Source: Chiloscyllium plagiosum (lineage: Eukaryota). From it: a stretch of 50,231 nucleotides of DNA. The position numbers and the translations under genes were made by a program. Positions 25,101 to 35,850 of this stretch are shown here, in pieces (positions within the stretch are counted from its first letter, which is position 1; the number at the start of each line of letters is the position of its first letter). Below the pieces are notes generated by a model that saw only the letters and a program-made list of their open reading frames with translations, had not been told where the DNA came from and did no database searches. The stretch is from positions 3,347,379 to 3,397,609 of the forward strand of contig NC_057755.1 in the NCBI RefSeq assembly GCF_004010195.1. The letters run 5' to 3'.

Positions 25101-28100
25101 GAAGCATAGTTCAGATAAAATTTGACCTTGAACCACATAAAGAAAGTTCCTAACAAAGTTTCTCCAAAGCAACAGGTTGTAAGGATCATCCAAAATTAGG
25201 AGGAAAACAGAGAAGTGGAGAGGAATGAATGGTTCCTTATGAAGGAGCAATGGTGATCAGATTGCCACAAAATACCAGCATTTGGAGGAGTGCAGAGATT
25301 TAATGATGCTGAAGGAGTTGATGTTAAAACTATTTTAACTTCAAAAACAGTCTATTTTTGTACTATTCATTCCCACTTTAGCAAAATGTTCATAATCTCT
25401 AACTTCATCAACAGAAATACCATGAGTTCAGTATTTTGTTTTCTCAAATTCTTCCTCTTTTCTACAGACATCAACGTTTTCTTTAACAATAGCTCTCCTA
25501 CTGTTCACTGTGTTGGAGATGGCCATCGCGGTTATCGTTGCCTTTTATAACTACAAGAGTTTGTATCACTTCCAGAGTGCTTACACCGTCTTGGTAAGTA
25601 TGCTTTGTACAGAGCATGGGGGGGGGAGGAATAAGGACAATAATTAATCAAACATTGCTAACAATGCATCAATGAAAAAATTGAGGAGAAGTACTTGTTT
25701 AAAATGTATTAATATTAACAGCACAGAAACAAGCAATTCCATCTCAATGCACTGTGCATGTGTCACTGCTCCACATTCGCTTCATTTCACTATTCCTTCA
25801 TCTCACCCTATCAATATGTCCTTCTTTCCGTTCTCCATCACGTTTCTATCCAGTTTCACCTTAAATTCATCTACAACATTTTCTCCCTGTGGGGGAGAAA
25901 ATCTCACCATCCTTGATATTCAATGGCATTATCATTGCAGAATCTCCCACTATCAACATCCTCAGGGGTTACCATTAACCAGAAACTAAACTAAGCCTGC
26001 CATATTAATACTGTGGCTGTAAGAGCAGATCAAAGGCTAGAGATTTTGCTGCACGTAACTCACCTCCTGAATCCCCAAAGCCTATCCACCATTTACAAGG
26101 CACAAATCAGGAGCATGATGGAATATTCTCCACTCACCTGGATGAGTGCAGCTCTAACAGCATTCAAAAAGCCTGACACCATTCAAGACAAATCAACCCA
26201 TTTGATTGGCTGCACATCTACAACCTAACCCTAATTTACACTGCTGTCACTGAGTGTCAGTGGTAGAGAGAGTGTACCATCTACAAGGTGCGCTGCAAAA
26301 ATGCAAGATTAGAGTGGTGCTGGAAAGGCACAGCAGATCAGGCAGCATCCGAGGAGCAGGAAAATCGATGTTTCACGCATCAGGAATGAGGCAGGGAGCC
26401 TCCGGGGTTGAGAGATAAGTGAGAGGGGAGTAGGGCTGGGGAGAAGGTAGCTAAGAGTGCAATAGGTGGATGAAGGTGAGGGTAAAGGTGATAGGTCGGG
26501 GAGGAAGGTCTACTCTAACAGCACCTTCCAAATCCTGACTTCTATCACCTAGAAGGGCAATGGCAACAGCTTTGTGGGAATACCACCACCTGCAAGATGA
26601 TCTCCAAGCCACACACCATTCTGATTCGGAAGTGGATCACCATTCCTTCACTACCACTGGGTCAAAATCCAGAAAATCCCTTCCTGACAGCACTGTGGCT
26701 GTCCCTAAACCCAAAGGACTGCAGAATTTTGCCAGCACTTATCCAAGGAAGTTAAGGATGGACAATAAATGCCCACCCAAATGAAGCTCACATCTTATGG
26801 ATACATTTTTAAAATTCTTGGCCTCCTCCTGAGATCCTCAGCATCACAGTTGCCAGTTTGGATAATACAAATGTTATGAGTTCTGACAATATTTCAGCAA
26901 TATTCAGCAAGACTTGTGATTCAAGACATGCCACACTCCGAGCCAAGCTGTTTCAGCTATGACACTGACATCAACAAGCCAATGTCGAAAATCGCCAGCT
27001 ATGTCCTGTTTATAAAAAGCAGGACAAATCCAACCCTGCAAATTACTGCTACAGTCAACTCCCCATTATCAGGCCTGTTTAGAAGGTGCTATCAAGTAGA
27101 ATCTGCTCACGGACTGAGATTCTGCCAGGGTCACTCAGCCCCTGACCTCAATCATGAGCAAAAGTGGTGAATTTCTGAGGTGAAAGTGAATTCCTTTGAC
27201 ATCGAGCCCACACTTGATCAAGTGTGGCATCAAGGATATGTAATCTAGAGTCAATGAAAATCAGGGTGAAACCTCTCCACTGGTTACAGTCATACACAGC
27301 ACAAAGGTTGAGGCTTTTAGAAAAGTCAGTCATCTCAGCTCCAGGACATCTCTGTACTAGCACCTCAAGGTAGATCATTTATAATCAACCTGTTCAGAGA
27401 TGTTATTACATACATCTGGGGAGCAGTTACGATTTGAATTCAGGCCTCCTAGCGCAGAGGTATGAGTGGTACCACTATGCCAAAAGTGCATTAGTTCCTC
27501 AGGATAGTCTTCAGCTGCTCCAATGATCTTCCCTCCTTTATAAGGTCAGTATGGGGCTGTTCACCGATGATCTGCACCAATCACGACTCCTCAGATATTG
27601 AAGCATATGCAATATGACCTGGACGATATCCAGGCAAGTATTATTCACATTTCACAAGTACTAGATAATGTCCATTTCCAACACCACCACCACTGTCAAC
27701 GCATTCCATGCATTCATAACTCTCTGCATAAAGAACCTACCTCTGACGTCTCCTCTATACCTTCCTCCTAATATCTTAAAACTATGATCCCTCATGCCAG
27801 TCAGTCCTGCCCTGGGGAGAAGTCTCTGGAAATTGACTCTATCCATTCCTCTCATTACCTGTATACCTCGATCAGGTCACCTCTCTGCCTCTTTGTCTCC
27901 AGAGAAATGTCTGAGCTTAGTCAACCTCTCTTCGTAAGAAGCCCTCTAGTCCAGGCAGCATCCTGGTAAACCTTCTTTGCACCCTCTCCAAAGTCTTCAA
28001 ATAATAGGGCGACCAGATTTGGACACAATATTCCAAGTGTGGTCTCACCAGGGATTTGTAGAGCTGCAGCAAAATCTTGAGGTTCTTAAACCTGATTCCC

Positions 28101-31100
28101 CCGTTAATGAAAGCCAAAACACCATGTGCTTTCTTAACAACCCTATCCACTTGGGTAGCAAATTTGAGGGATCTATGCACTTGAACACCCAGATCTCTCT
28201 GTTCCTCCACACTGCCAAGAATCCTGTCTTTAATCCTATATTCAGCATTCGAGTTCGACCTTCCCAAATGCATCACTTCGGATTTATCCAGGTTGAACTC
28301 CAGCTGCCATTTCTCAGCCCATCTCTGCATCCTGTCTATGTCGCGCTGTAGCATGCAGTAGCCTTCTATACTATCGATGACACCTCCAACCTTTGTGTCA
28401 TCTGCAAATTTACTAACCCACCCCTCAACCTCCTCATCCAAGTCATTTATAAAAACTACAAAGAGCAAAGGCCGAAAAACAGAGCTCTGTGGGATACCAG
28501 TCACCACTGACCTCCAGGCAGAATACTTTCCATCTACAACCACTCTCTGCCTTCTGACAGCCAAGCAATTCTGAATCCAGACAGCCAAATCTCCCTGTAT
28601 CTCATATCTCCTGACTTTATGAATAAGCCTACCATGGGGAACCTTATCAAATGCCTTGCTGAAGTCCAGAAACACCACATTCACTGCTCGACTTTTGTTG
28701 ACATGTCTTGTCACCTCCTCAAAGAGCTCAATAAGATTTGTGAGGCATGACCTTCCCCTCACAAAGCCATGCTGACTGCCTTTAATCACGTTATGCTTTT
28801 CCAAATAGTCATAAATTCTATCCCTCAGAATTCTTTCCAAAACCTTGCTGACCACAGATGTAAGACTGACTGGTCTGTAATTGCCAGGGATTTCCCTATT
28901 ACCCTTCTTGAAAAGAGGAACAACATTCGCCTCCCTCCAATCCTCTGATACGACTCTCGTGGAGAGTGAGGAAGAAAAGACCTTTGCCAGCAGTTTAGCA
29001 ACCTCCTTTCTTGCTTCTTGGGATAAATCTGGTCTGGCCCCAGGGACTTATCAATCTTAATGTTTGCCAAATTTTCCGCACATCAACTTCTTCAATCTTG
29101 ATCTGTTCAAGCCTGTTTCCCAACTCCTCAAAGTTCTCATTCACAACTAGGTCCCTTTCCTTAGTGAAAACCAAAGCAAAAAACTCATTTAGGGCTTCCC
29201 CTATTTACTCAGACTCCACGCAGAAGTTTCCTACACTATCCCTGACAAGTCCTACCTTCTCCCTGGTCATTCTTTTATTCCTCATGTATGAGTAAAATGC
29301 CTTTGCGTTCTCCCTAATCCTTCCTGCCATGCCTTTTTCATGCCCTCTCCTGGCTCTCCTCAGTCCATTTCTGTGCTCCTTTCTAGTAAGCGTGTAATCC
29401 TCTAAAGTTGTGCTAGATCTTTGCTTCCTCCACCTTACGGAAGCTGCCTTCTTCCTTTTGATGAGAAGCTCCTCTGTTCTTGTAATCCAAGGTTCCTTAA
29501 TCTTACCCCTTCTTACCTGTCTCAGAGGAACAAATTTATGCATCACTCACAATACCTGCTCCTTAAACAATCTCCACATGTCTGTTGTGTCCTTTCTGTG
29601 GAACAATTGCTCCCAGTCTGTACTTCCCAACTCCTGTCTGATAGCGTCATAATTTCCTTTTCCCCAATTAAATATTTTCCCTCGGTAACTGCTTCTTTCC
29701 CTCTCCAAGGCTATGGTAAATGTGAGGCAGTTGTGGTCACTGTCACCAAAGTGTTCTCCCACTGCGAGATCTGACACTTGTCCTGGCTCATTCCCAAGCA
29801 CCAAATCCAAAATGGCCTCTCCCCTCGTCGGCCTGTCTATATACTGAGTGAGAAAACCCTCCTGAACAAATCTGACAAAAACACCTCCATCCAAACCAGC
29901 TGCACTAAGGAGGTTCCAGTCAATACTGGGAAAGTTGAAGTCACCCATAACAACAACCCTGCTACATCTGCATTTTTCCAGAATCTGCCCACCTATGAGT
30001 TCTTCAATCTCCCTCTGCTATTAGGAGGTCTGTAGAAAACCCCTATGAGGTGGCTGCTCCCTTGCTGTTCTTAGCTTCCACTCATACTGACTCAGTAGAG
30101 AAACTTTCTTCAACAACCTTCATTTCTATAGCTGTGATGCACTCTCTGTTTAGCAATGCAACACCCCCTCCTCTTTTTTCACCCTCCCTGTTCTTTTTAA
30201 ACGTTCTAAACTCTGGAACATCTTTAGCAACCACTCCTGCCCCTGTGAAACCCACGTCTCCATTATGGCCACAACATCAAAGTCCCAAGTACTGATCTAT
30301 TCTCTAAATTCATCACTCTTATTTCTGACACTCCTTGCCTTAAAGCACAGACTTTAATCGATCCCTTTGTTTCATCGCATGAAAAACCTTCCCAATAGAT
30401 TCACTACATCCTGTCACTGCCCATTCTACAACTACCCCCCCCACTCCCCGTGAGATATGTAGCTCTTTCTCCCACCCCTTTGCCAAACTAGTTTAAACCC
30501 TCCCGAACCACATGGACAAATCTCCCACCCAGACATTTGTGCCCCTCCAGTTCAGGTGCAACCCATCCTTCATGTACAGGTCACACCTTCCCCAGAAGGT
30601 ATCCCAATGCTCTAAGTATCTGAAGCTCTCCCACCTGCACCAGCCTCACAGCCGCGTGTTATGCTGCACTCGCTGACTGTTCCTCACCTCACTGAGCCGT
30701 GACACCAGTAGCAAATCCGAGATCACTACTCTACTCGTCCTGCTCTTCAGCTTCCAGCCTAGCTCCCTGTCGTCACTTTCAGATCCTCAATCTCCTTCCT
30801 GGCTATATCATTGGTGCCAATGTGTACCACGATTTCTGGCTGCTCACCCTCCCCCTTCAGAATCCTGTAAATTCAATCGGCGATATCCTGGATCCTGGCA
30901 CAAGGGAGGCAACATACCTCTGGAAGTCCTGATCCTGACCACAAAATCTCCTGTCAATCCATATAACAATTGAGTCCCCTACCACACGTGCTTTTCTATT
31001 CTCTCCCCTTCCCTTCTGAGTCACAGTGCCAGAGACCTAACAACTATGGCTTTCCCCTGTTAGGCTGTCCCCACCAACAGTATCCAAAACGGTATACTTA

Positions 31101-34100
31101 TTGCTGAGGGGATCCCTGCTCTGTCTGTTGGTTCCCTTTCCTCCCACGACTGGAATCCAGCTGTCCTCATCCTGTGTCTGAGGATTGAGTACCTCCCTGT
31201 ACATCCCTCTCAATTTCTCCCTCAGCCTCCTGGATAATCCGCAGTTTATCCAGCTCCAGTTCCCTAACTTGGTTTTCGAGGAGCTGAAAGATGTGGTCGG
31301 CAGAGACATGTGTCGTGTCTCTCACCTGCCACATTCTGCAGGAGGAACATGCAACTGCCCTATCAGCCATACCGTGACAATCTGAAAGCCAACACAGGAC
31401 TAAACAAGGAAGAGAAGGAAAGAAAGAAAAAAAGTGAGAAAACCTGAAGACTCTTAGTAAGGTTAGAGGAAGTGGGTGGGAGGGAGGCCCTATGGTGTAG
31501 GGTCTCAGGTTTAGATCTCACCCACTTATAAACCTCTATAAAGTCACCCCTCAGCCTCCGCGCTCCAGGGAAGACAGCCCCAGCCTCTCCCTATAGCTCA
31601 AATCCTCCAACCCTGGCAACATCCTTGTAGATCTTTTCTGAACCCTTTCAGGTTTCACAACATCTTTCCGATAGGAAGGAGACCAGAATTGCACACAATA
31701 TTCCAACAGTGGCCTAACCAATGTCCTGTACAGCTGCAACATGACCTCCCGACTCCAGATCCTGTTGTAATCTGAGGTAACCCTCTTTGCTGTCCACTAC
31801 ACCTCCAATTTTGGTGTCATCTGCAAACTTACTAACTGTACCTGTTATGCTCACATCCAAATCATTTATGTAAATGACAAAAAGTAGAGGACCCAGCACC
31901 GATCCTTGTGGCACTCCACTGGTCACAGCCTCCAGTCTGAAAAACAACCCTCCACCACCACCTTCCGTCTTCTACCTTTGAGCCAGTTCTGTATCCAAAT
32001 GGCTAGTTCTCCCTGTATTCCGTGAGATATAACCTTGCTCACCAGTCTCCCATGGGGAACCTTGTCAAACACCTTACTGAAGTCCACATAGATCACATTT
32101 ACCGCTCTGCCCTCATCAATCCTCTTTGTTACTTCTTCAAAAAATTCAATCAAGTTTGTGAGACATGATTTCCCACCTATGTGTTTAGGATTCCTTGGGT
32201 TAGTGATGTCATTTCCTGTTCTTTTATTCAGAGGGTTCCAAGTCGATGTGTTTGTCGATAGAGTTTCGGTTGGAATACCATGCTTCCAGGAATTTGCATT
32301 TGTGTCTCTGTTTGGCTTGTCTTGGGATGGATGTGAAGTCCCAGTTGAAGTGATGTCCTTCCTCAACTGTATGTAAGGACACGAGTGATAGTGGGTCATG
32401 TGCTTTTGTGCTAGTTGATGTTCATGTATCCTGGTGGCTAGTTTTCTGGCTCTTTGTCCAATGTACAGTTTGTTACAGTTCATGCAAGGTATTTTGTAAA
32501 TGACATTAATCTTGCTTGTTGTCTGTATAGGGTCTTTTAAGTTCATTAGCTGCTGTTTTAGTGTGTTGGTTACCATGATGCCAACAGGTCTGAGTAGTCT
32601 GGCAGTCATTTCTGAGATATCTTTGATGTAGGGGAGAGTGGCTAGGGTTTCTGGATGCATTTTGTCTGCTTGTTTGGGTTTGTTGCTGAGAAATCGGCAG
32701 ACTGTACCCATTTTTTTTTAATATGCTGTATAGGTAATTTTCCTCTTTGTAGTATGACGTAGTAACTAACTTCGTAGTAACTAGTGCTAATACACCAGTA
32801 TTCTTACATACAGATGAGGAAGGAATTTATTTCGACTGAGACAACACACTTATCCTAAGTCAAACCAAACAGAGGCACGCATGAGAATTCCATGGTATTC
32901 CAACCAGAACTCTATCAACAAACACATCGACTTGGACCCCATTTACCACCCCCTAAGAAAAAGAACAAGAAATGACATCACTAACCCAAGGAAACTTAAA
33001 CACATAAATATAAAGCAGGTAACAACACCAATGCTTCACTGGAGGCTCACTGATGATGTTACTTAGTATGGTGACGAAACATCTGAAAATGAACCTTTCA
33101 GCCCAGCGAGCAAACTTACATCCAGAACCTCTACCTGAGCTACAAACCTTCTCAAAACTTGCTAACATTGCCTATCTGGAAGTATAAGTGGAATTTGGAG
33201 TGACATTTCCTTGTGGTGTAATGTGACTGAGATCAATACTCTATCGCCAGGCTTTTGCGCTGGTACATATCACACATGTGCTTTGCTCCTCCTATTTTCC
33301 CTCTTCCTGTTCCAAATAGTTGTCAAATATTTTACCCCCTGTTCGTTGTTGCTTGGTAATTGGAAACCCACTTTGTTTCCTTGTCCTATTCTCAGTTCCT
33401 CAAAATCATCCCTCTTCCGATCTATTAACTTGGTTTTCAATATAATTCTGACCTTCTTTATCACATTTTAAAGTGCACTAGTGACTGAAGGGTGACTTTA
33501 TAGTGGTTTATAAATTCACGAGGGGCATGGATGGGGTAAATAGACAGGTTAATTTCCCTGGGATGGGGGTGTCCAGAACTAGAGGGCAAAGATTCAGAGC
33601 AAAAGAGGGGAAGATTTAAAAGGGACCATTCAAAAAGAGGGTGGTGTGTGTATGGAATGAGCTGCCAGAGGATGTGGTGGAGGCTGGTACAATTACAACA
33701 TTTAAAAGGCATCTGGATGGGTATATAAATAGGAAAGATTTAGAGGGATATGGGCCGGGTGCTGGCACATGGGACTAGATTAGATTGGGACATCTGGGCG
33801 GCATGAACAAGTTGGACCGAAGGGTCTGTTTCCATGCTGTACATCTCTATGACTATGTTCTAACATCAACAACATGCCACATAAAAATACACTTGTTCAT
33901 ATCGTCCTCTGGATCTTTTGGCAATCATCTTAAATCTGTATCTTCTGGTTACCACTGGAAATAGTTTCTCTTTATTTACTGTATTTAAACCTGTCATGGG
34001 TTTGAACTCCTCTTGAATCTCATGTTTCAATTCTGATAGGGATTTGTAAATCAAAATGATTACATTTACCACAAGATTCACAGATGGAGAAGTTACCAAC

Positions 34101-34478
34101 AAGATTTCATTTTATTTAAACTTTTACTTTGTTACATTCCAACTAATCAAGAATTAATTTGCAAATCCCCAATTCGTACAAATTACAAATTGTCCACAGT
34201 CTTTATTTTATCTGTCATTCTATCTCACTGCCTGTAAAGTTCTGGGTTCGGACTGTGTCTGTGGACTGACTGATCAGATGTTATAGTTTACAACTATCTA
34301 AAGTGAAATTTAATTCTCTGCATTGCTTCCGAAACATTTTTGAGGAGTTTTTGAGTGATGGAAAAGTCCTTTAAGTCTGAAACCCATGTCTCATTCTATT
34401 TTGTTCTTTTTTTAAAAACAGCATGATGTCATTGCAAAGCATCCAAGCCATTCCAGAGGAGTGCAGACTGCATTTTAG
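10003..34478 (+). CDS. MS4A: MS4A (membrane-spanning 4-domains, CD20-like) family gene, join(10003-10110,15083-15196,16076-16132,20076-20189,25468-25593,34422-34478), about 191 aa
   Basis: Six AG/GT-bounded phase-0 exons splice into an open frame with four TM segments and MS4A motifs: [44 protein letters not shown]. Family-level call only; the paralog cannot be named. Confidence 0.88.
10283..10612 (-). mobile_element. Older HE1-like SINE
   Basis: Minus-strand head gggtggcatggtggctcggtggtgagcactgctgcctcaca; CR1-like tail. Confidence 0.8.
10660..13230 (+). mobile_element. Old CR1 3' part (about 10660-10830 and 12330-13230) split by an antisense CR1
   Basis: tggcagatgaaattcaac..ggaggcaacatcaaat continues as aagggtacagttctaaaggggctgcaggag; gagaaggttgagaggagatttgatagagg. 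Confidence 0.65.
10832..12300 (-). mobile_element. CR1 LINE (RT region and 3' end), degraded
   Basis: ORFs 11734-11940 ([19 protein letters not shown]) and 11458-11661. Confidence 0.85.
13590..13975 (-). mobile_element. Old CR1 3' end
   Basis: ggcagtgagttctagatacccaccaccatctcggtggaaaaac is the reverse of the FF.QRVV..WN.LP region. Confidence 0.7.
14135..14905 (+). mobile_element. Young CR1 3' end
   Basis: ORFs 14243-14620 and 14637-14828; tail ctctatgactcta. Confidence 0.95.
15083..15196 (+). CDS. MS4A: MS4A coding exon 2 (TM1, start of TM2)
   Basis: ttctcttcactttag|[38 protein letters not shown]|gtcagt, 114 bp. Confidence 0.9.
16076..16132 (+). CDS. MS4A: MS4A coding exon 3 (end of TM2, cytoplasmic loop)
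   Basis: tttcttttccag|[19 protein letters not shown]|gtaagt, 57 bp. Confidence 0.9.
16253..16659 (-). mobile_element. Young CR1 3' end
   Basis: ORF 16329-16736 C-terminal part; catagagtcatagag tail. Confidence 0.95.
17584..17672 (-). mobile_element. Short PLE pseudo-LTR fragment (second copy at about 37894-37983)
   Basis: agttaaaaa.cacacaacaccaggttatagtc.aacaggtttaatt shared between both copies; interrupts CR1 at ttagagtt. Confidence 0.75.
17636..17670 (-). ncRNA. Intact minimal hammerhead ribozyme motif
   Basis: Reverse strand CAC-CUGAUGA-A-GGAGC/GUC/GCUCC-GAAA-GC-UA^GUG: 3-bp stem I, 5-bp stem II, palindromic AGCU at stem III. Confidence 0.8.
17851..17994. mobile_element. Partially palindromic PLE pseudo-LTR fragment (23598 family)
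   Basis: aaaatttagcaggactggcagcatttgtgg..ccagtgactcttcatcagaac then inverted agcgatttctgtttttgtttcag. Confidence 0.6.
17995..18572 (-). mobile_element. Young CR1 3' end with internal deletions
   Basis: ORF 18265-18513 ([13 protein letters not shown]); CR1 tail at the left end. Confidence 0.9.
19068..19266. mobile_element. Palindromic mini-PLE
   Basis: Tail ggagaaagtgaggtctgcagatgctggagatcag, then inverted arms at about 19105-19182 and 19198-19266; tcatt at 19063-19067 and 19267-19271. Confidence 0.85.
20076..20189 (+). CDS. MS4A: MS4A coding exon 4 (TM3)
   Basis: gtacttag|[38 protein letters not shown]|gtaagt, 114 bp. Confidence 0.9.
20560..21600 (-). mobile_element. Old CR1/L2-group LINE 3' region (a further piece at about 22690-23590)
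   Basis: Reverse-complement similarity to 25895-27640 (gagttgcactcatccaagcaagtagagagtattccatca). Confidence 0.65.
23598..23818. mobile_element. Palindromic mini-PLE, second family, with degenerate hammerhead core
   Basis: aaacaaaaacagaagctgctggaaaagctcagcaggtctggcagcatct versus agatgctgccagacctgctgaggttttccagcaaaatctgtttttgttt; central ctgaggaaggg.actggacccaaaatgtt. Confidence 0.8.
23912..24823 (-). mobile_element. PLE 3' half: GIY-YIG endonuclease and pseudo-LTR
   Basis: Reverse strand [54 protein letters not shown]; degenerate HHR at 24001-24033. Confidence 0.9.
24824..24846. other. Assembly gap (23 N) inside an MS4A intron
   Basis: Run of N. Confidence 1.
25468..25593 (+). CDS. MS4A: MS4A coding exon 5 (TM4)
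   Basis: cttcctcttttctacag|[42 protein letters not shown]|gtaagt, 126 bp. Confidence 0.9.
25895..27640 (+). mobile_element. Fragments of old CR1/L2-group LINE with nested PLE pseudo-LTR (about 26306-26510) and SINE
   Basis: ORF 26013-26228 [29 protein letters not shown]...FTDD RT motifs. Confidence 0.7.
27680..31520 (-). mobile_element. Near full-length CR1 LINE (ORF1 zinc finger/esterase, ORF2 APE endonuclease and RT), with stops and frameshifts
   Basis: ORF1 [14 protein letters not shown]; endonuclease GDFNFP, LDLVL, SDH (29547-29948); [23 protein letters not shown] (27917-28855). Confidence 0.95.
31525..32172 (-). mobile_element. CR1 RT fragment with internal deletion
   Basis: [30 protein letters not shown], then a jump to RPLLEYC. 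Confidence 0.9.
32173..32712 (-). mobile_element. PLE GIY-YIG endonuclease fragment
   Basis: [41 protein letters not shown]. Confidence 0.9.
32800..33165 (+). mobile_element. PLE 3' end and pseudo-LTR, same family as 32173-32712, opposite orientation
   Basis: aagaacaagaaatgacatcactaacccaagg is the reverse complement of about 32193-32225 (one mismatch). Confidence 0.85.
33047..33086 (+). ncRNA. Minimal hammerhead ribozyme motif
   Basis: UCA-CUGAUGA-U-GUUAC/UUAGUAUG/GUGAC-GAAA-C-AUC^UGA; stem I UCA/UGA; the stem III palindrome is broken (ACAU, a likely CpG decay of ACGU). Confidence 0.7.
33480..33856 (+). mobile_element. Young CR1 3' end
   Basis: tggaatgagctgccagaggatgtggtggaggctgg; tail ctctatgactatg. 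Confidence 0.9.
34422..34478 (+). CDS. MS4A: Putative MS4A last coding exon
   Basis: ttttgttctttttttaaaaacag|[18 protein letters not shown]. Followed by about 750 bp of non-repeat sequence and an AATAAA. No protein motif supports it. Confidence 0.55.
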   Translation, partial: HDVIAKHPSHSRGVQTAF

Positions 34479-35223
34479 AAACATAGTTTGTTCATTGGTG
34501 AATGTACTTTGGGAAGTGGTACAGGATTTATTCTGGGACAGCAAGGCAGGATGCTTGAATTCTGTTGCATGTATCACTGCTACACAATCCATTACTGAAT
34601 CATTGTGGGTTCGAAACGAACTGACTGAGCACTCTGCTGTCTGAATGGTTCATGAGCTTATCCTGTTCAGTATATGTTACAAAGCTTTTCCTAAATATTT
34701 GGGAAGATGGTGTTTCCCACCCGCGCTGCACTGGAGGAATTCTTGCATTATTGTGTTTTAGATATGGTGAGGTTGGAGCAACATATAAATCTTCAAATTG
34801 CTACGAATTAAATGTATATGAAGAGATTGCATATTAATAAGGAAAAGAAAAACTTTCCTTAGTGCTGGCTGCTTCATGTACAGAGAAGCAGCTCATCAGA
34901 AAGACTTAGTGTTCAAGGTGTTACACAGTAATAATTCTTGTTAAATGGTGCAATTGACAGGAAGGAAAAGACTGAGCAGTTAGATTCCAATTTGTGAAAA
35001 CTGCGGCATATGACATACATTCAATCCCTCTTTCACTGTCACGAGGTCCAACAGATTAGTTTGCAAGTTAATTTTTGGCACTAGAGTGCAAGCTGTTATT
35101 GCAACAACAAGGCAGAATGCCTTAATATATCTCTCAATTGACAATTGGATCACTCCATTTCATACTAGCTTTTAATTTTGTGTGCATCTTGCTTTTTTTA
35201 AATTGTTGTAATGTTACAATTTC

Positions 35224-35229
35224 AATAAA
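35224..35229 (+). terminator. Candidate polyadenylation signal of the MS4A gene
   Basis: AATAAA at the end of a unique AT-rich 3'UTR-like stretch, just before repeats resume. Confidence 0.5.
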
Positions 35230-35284
35230 TCTTTTATCTGGCTGTGGAATTTAAAGCACATGAATCTCATTCTTTAAAAAAATG

Positions 35285-35850
35285 AATACATAGGATGTGG
35301 ATGTCACTAGCTAGGCAAACATTTATGGCCCATCCCCAATTGCCCAGAAAGCAGTTAGGAGTTAACCACATTGCTGTGGGTCTGGAGTCACGTGCAGGTC
35401 AGACAAGACAAGAATGGCAGATTTCCTTACCTAAAGGACATGGGTGAACCAGGTAGGTTTATCTTGACAATGTACAGTGGTCATCATTAGACTCTCATTT
35501 TCAGATTATTATTGAATTCAAATTCTACCATCTGTCATGGTGGGATTCAAACTTGGGTGCCCAGAATATTGCCTGGGTCCCTGGACTAATAGTCAAGAGT
35601 GTGGTGCTGGAAAAGCACAGCAGGTCAGGCAACATCCGAGGAGCAGGAGAATTGATGTTTCAGACATAAGCTGTTCATCAGGATTCTTGATGCAGGGCTT
35701 ATGCCTGAAACGTCGATTCTCCTGCTCCTCGGATGCTGCCTGACCTATTGTGCTTTTCCAGCACCACACCTTTGACGCTGATCTCCAGCATTTGAAATCC
35801 TCACTTTCTCCTCTCTGGATTAATAGCCAAGCAATAATACTATCAGGGCA
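35285..35850 (-). mobile_element. tRNA-headed SINE sharing a tail with the L2-group LINE, split by a mini-PLE
   Basis: ggtgggattcaaac (reverse B box); ggatgtggatgtcactagctaggc resembles the LINE 3' end at about 20575. Confidence 0.55.
35598..35814. mobile_element. Palindromic mini-PLE
   Basis: Arms meet at catcagga/ttcttgatg; tail ctgatctccagcatttgaaatcctcactttctcc; duplicated target ctgga(c/t)taatag(t/c)caag at 35581-35597 and 35815-35831. Confidence 0.85.

Noticed and set aside
31923..32711. 262-aa ORF apparently fusing a GIY-YIG nuclease to a reverse transcriptase
   Set aside because: Chance in-frame junction at about 32172 between a PLE fragment and a CR1 fragment. The PLE part shifts out of frame midway and the RT part is incomplete.
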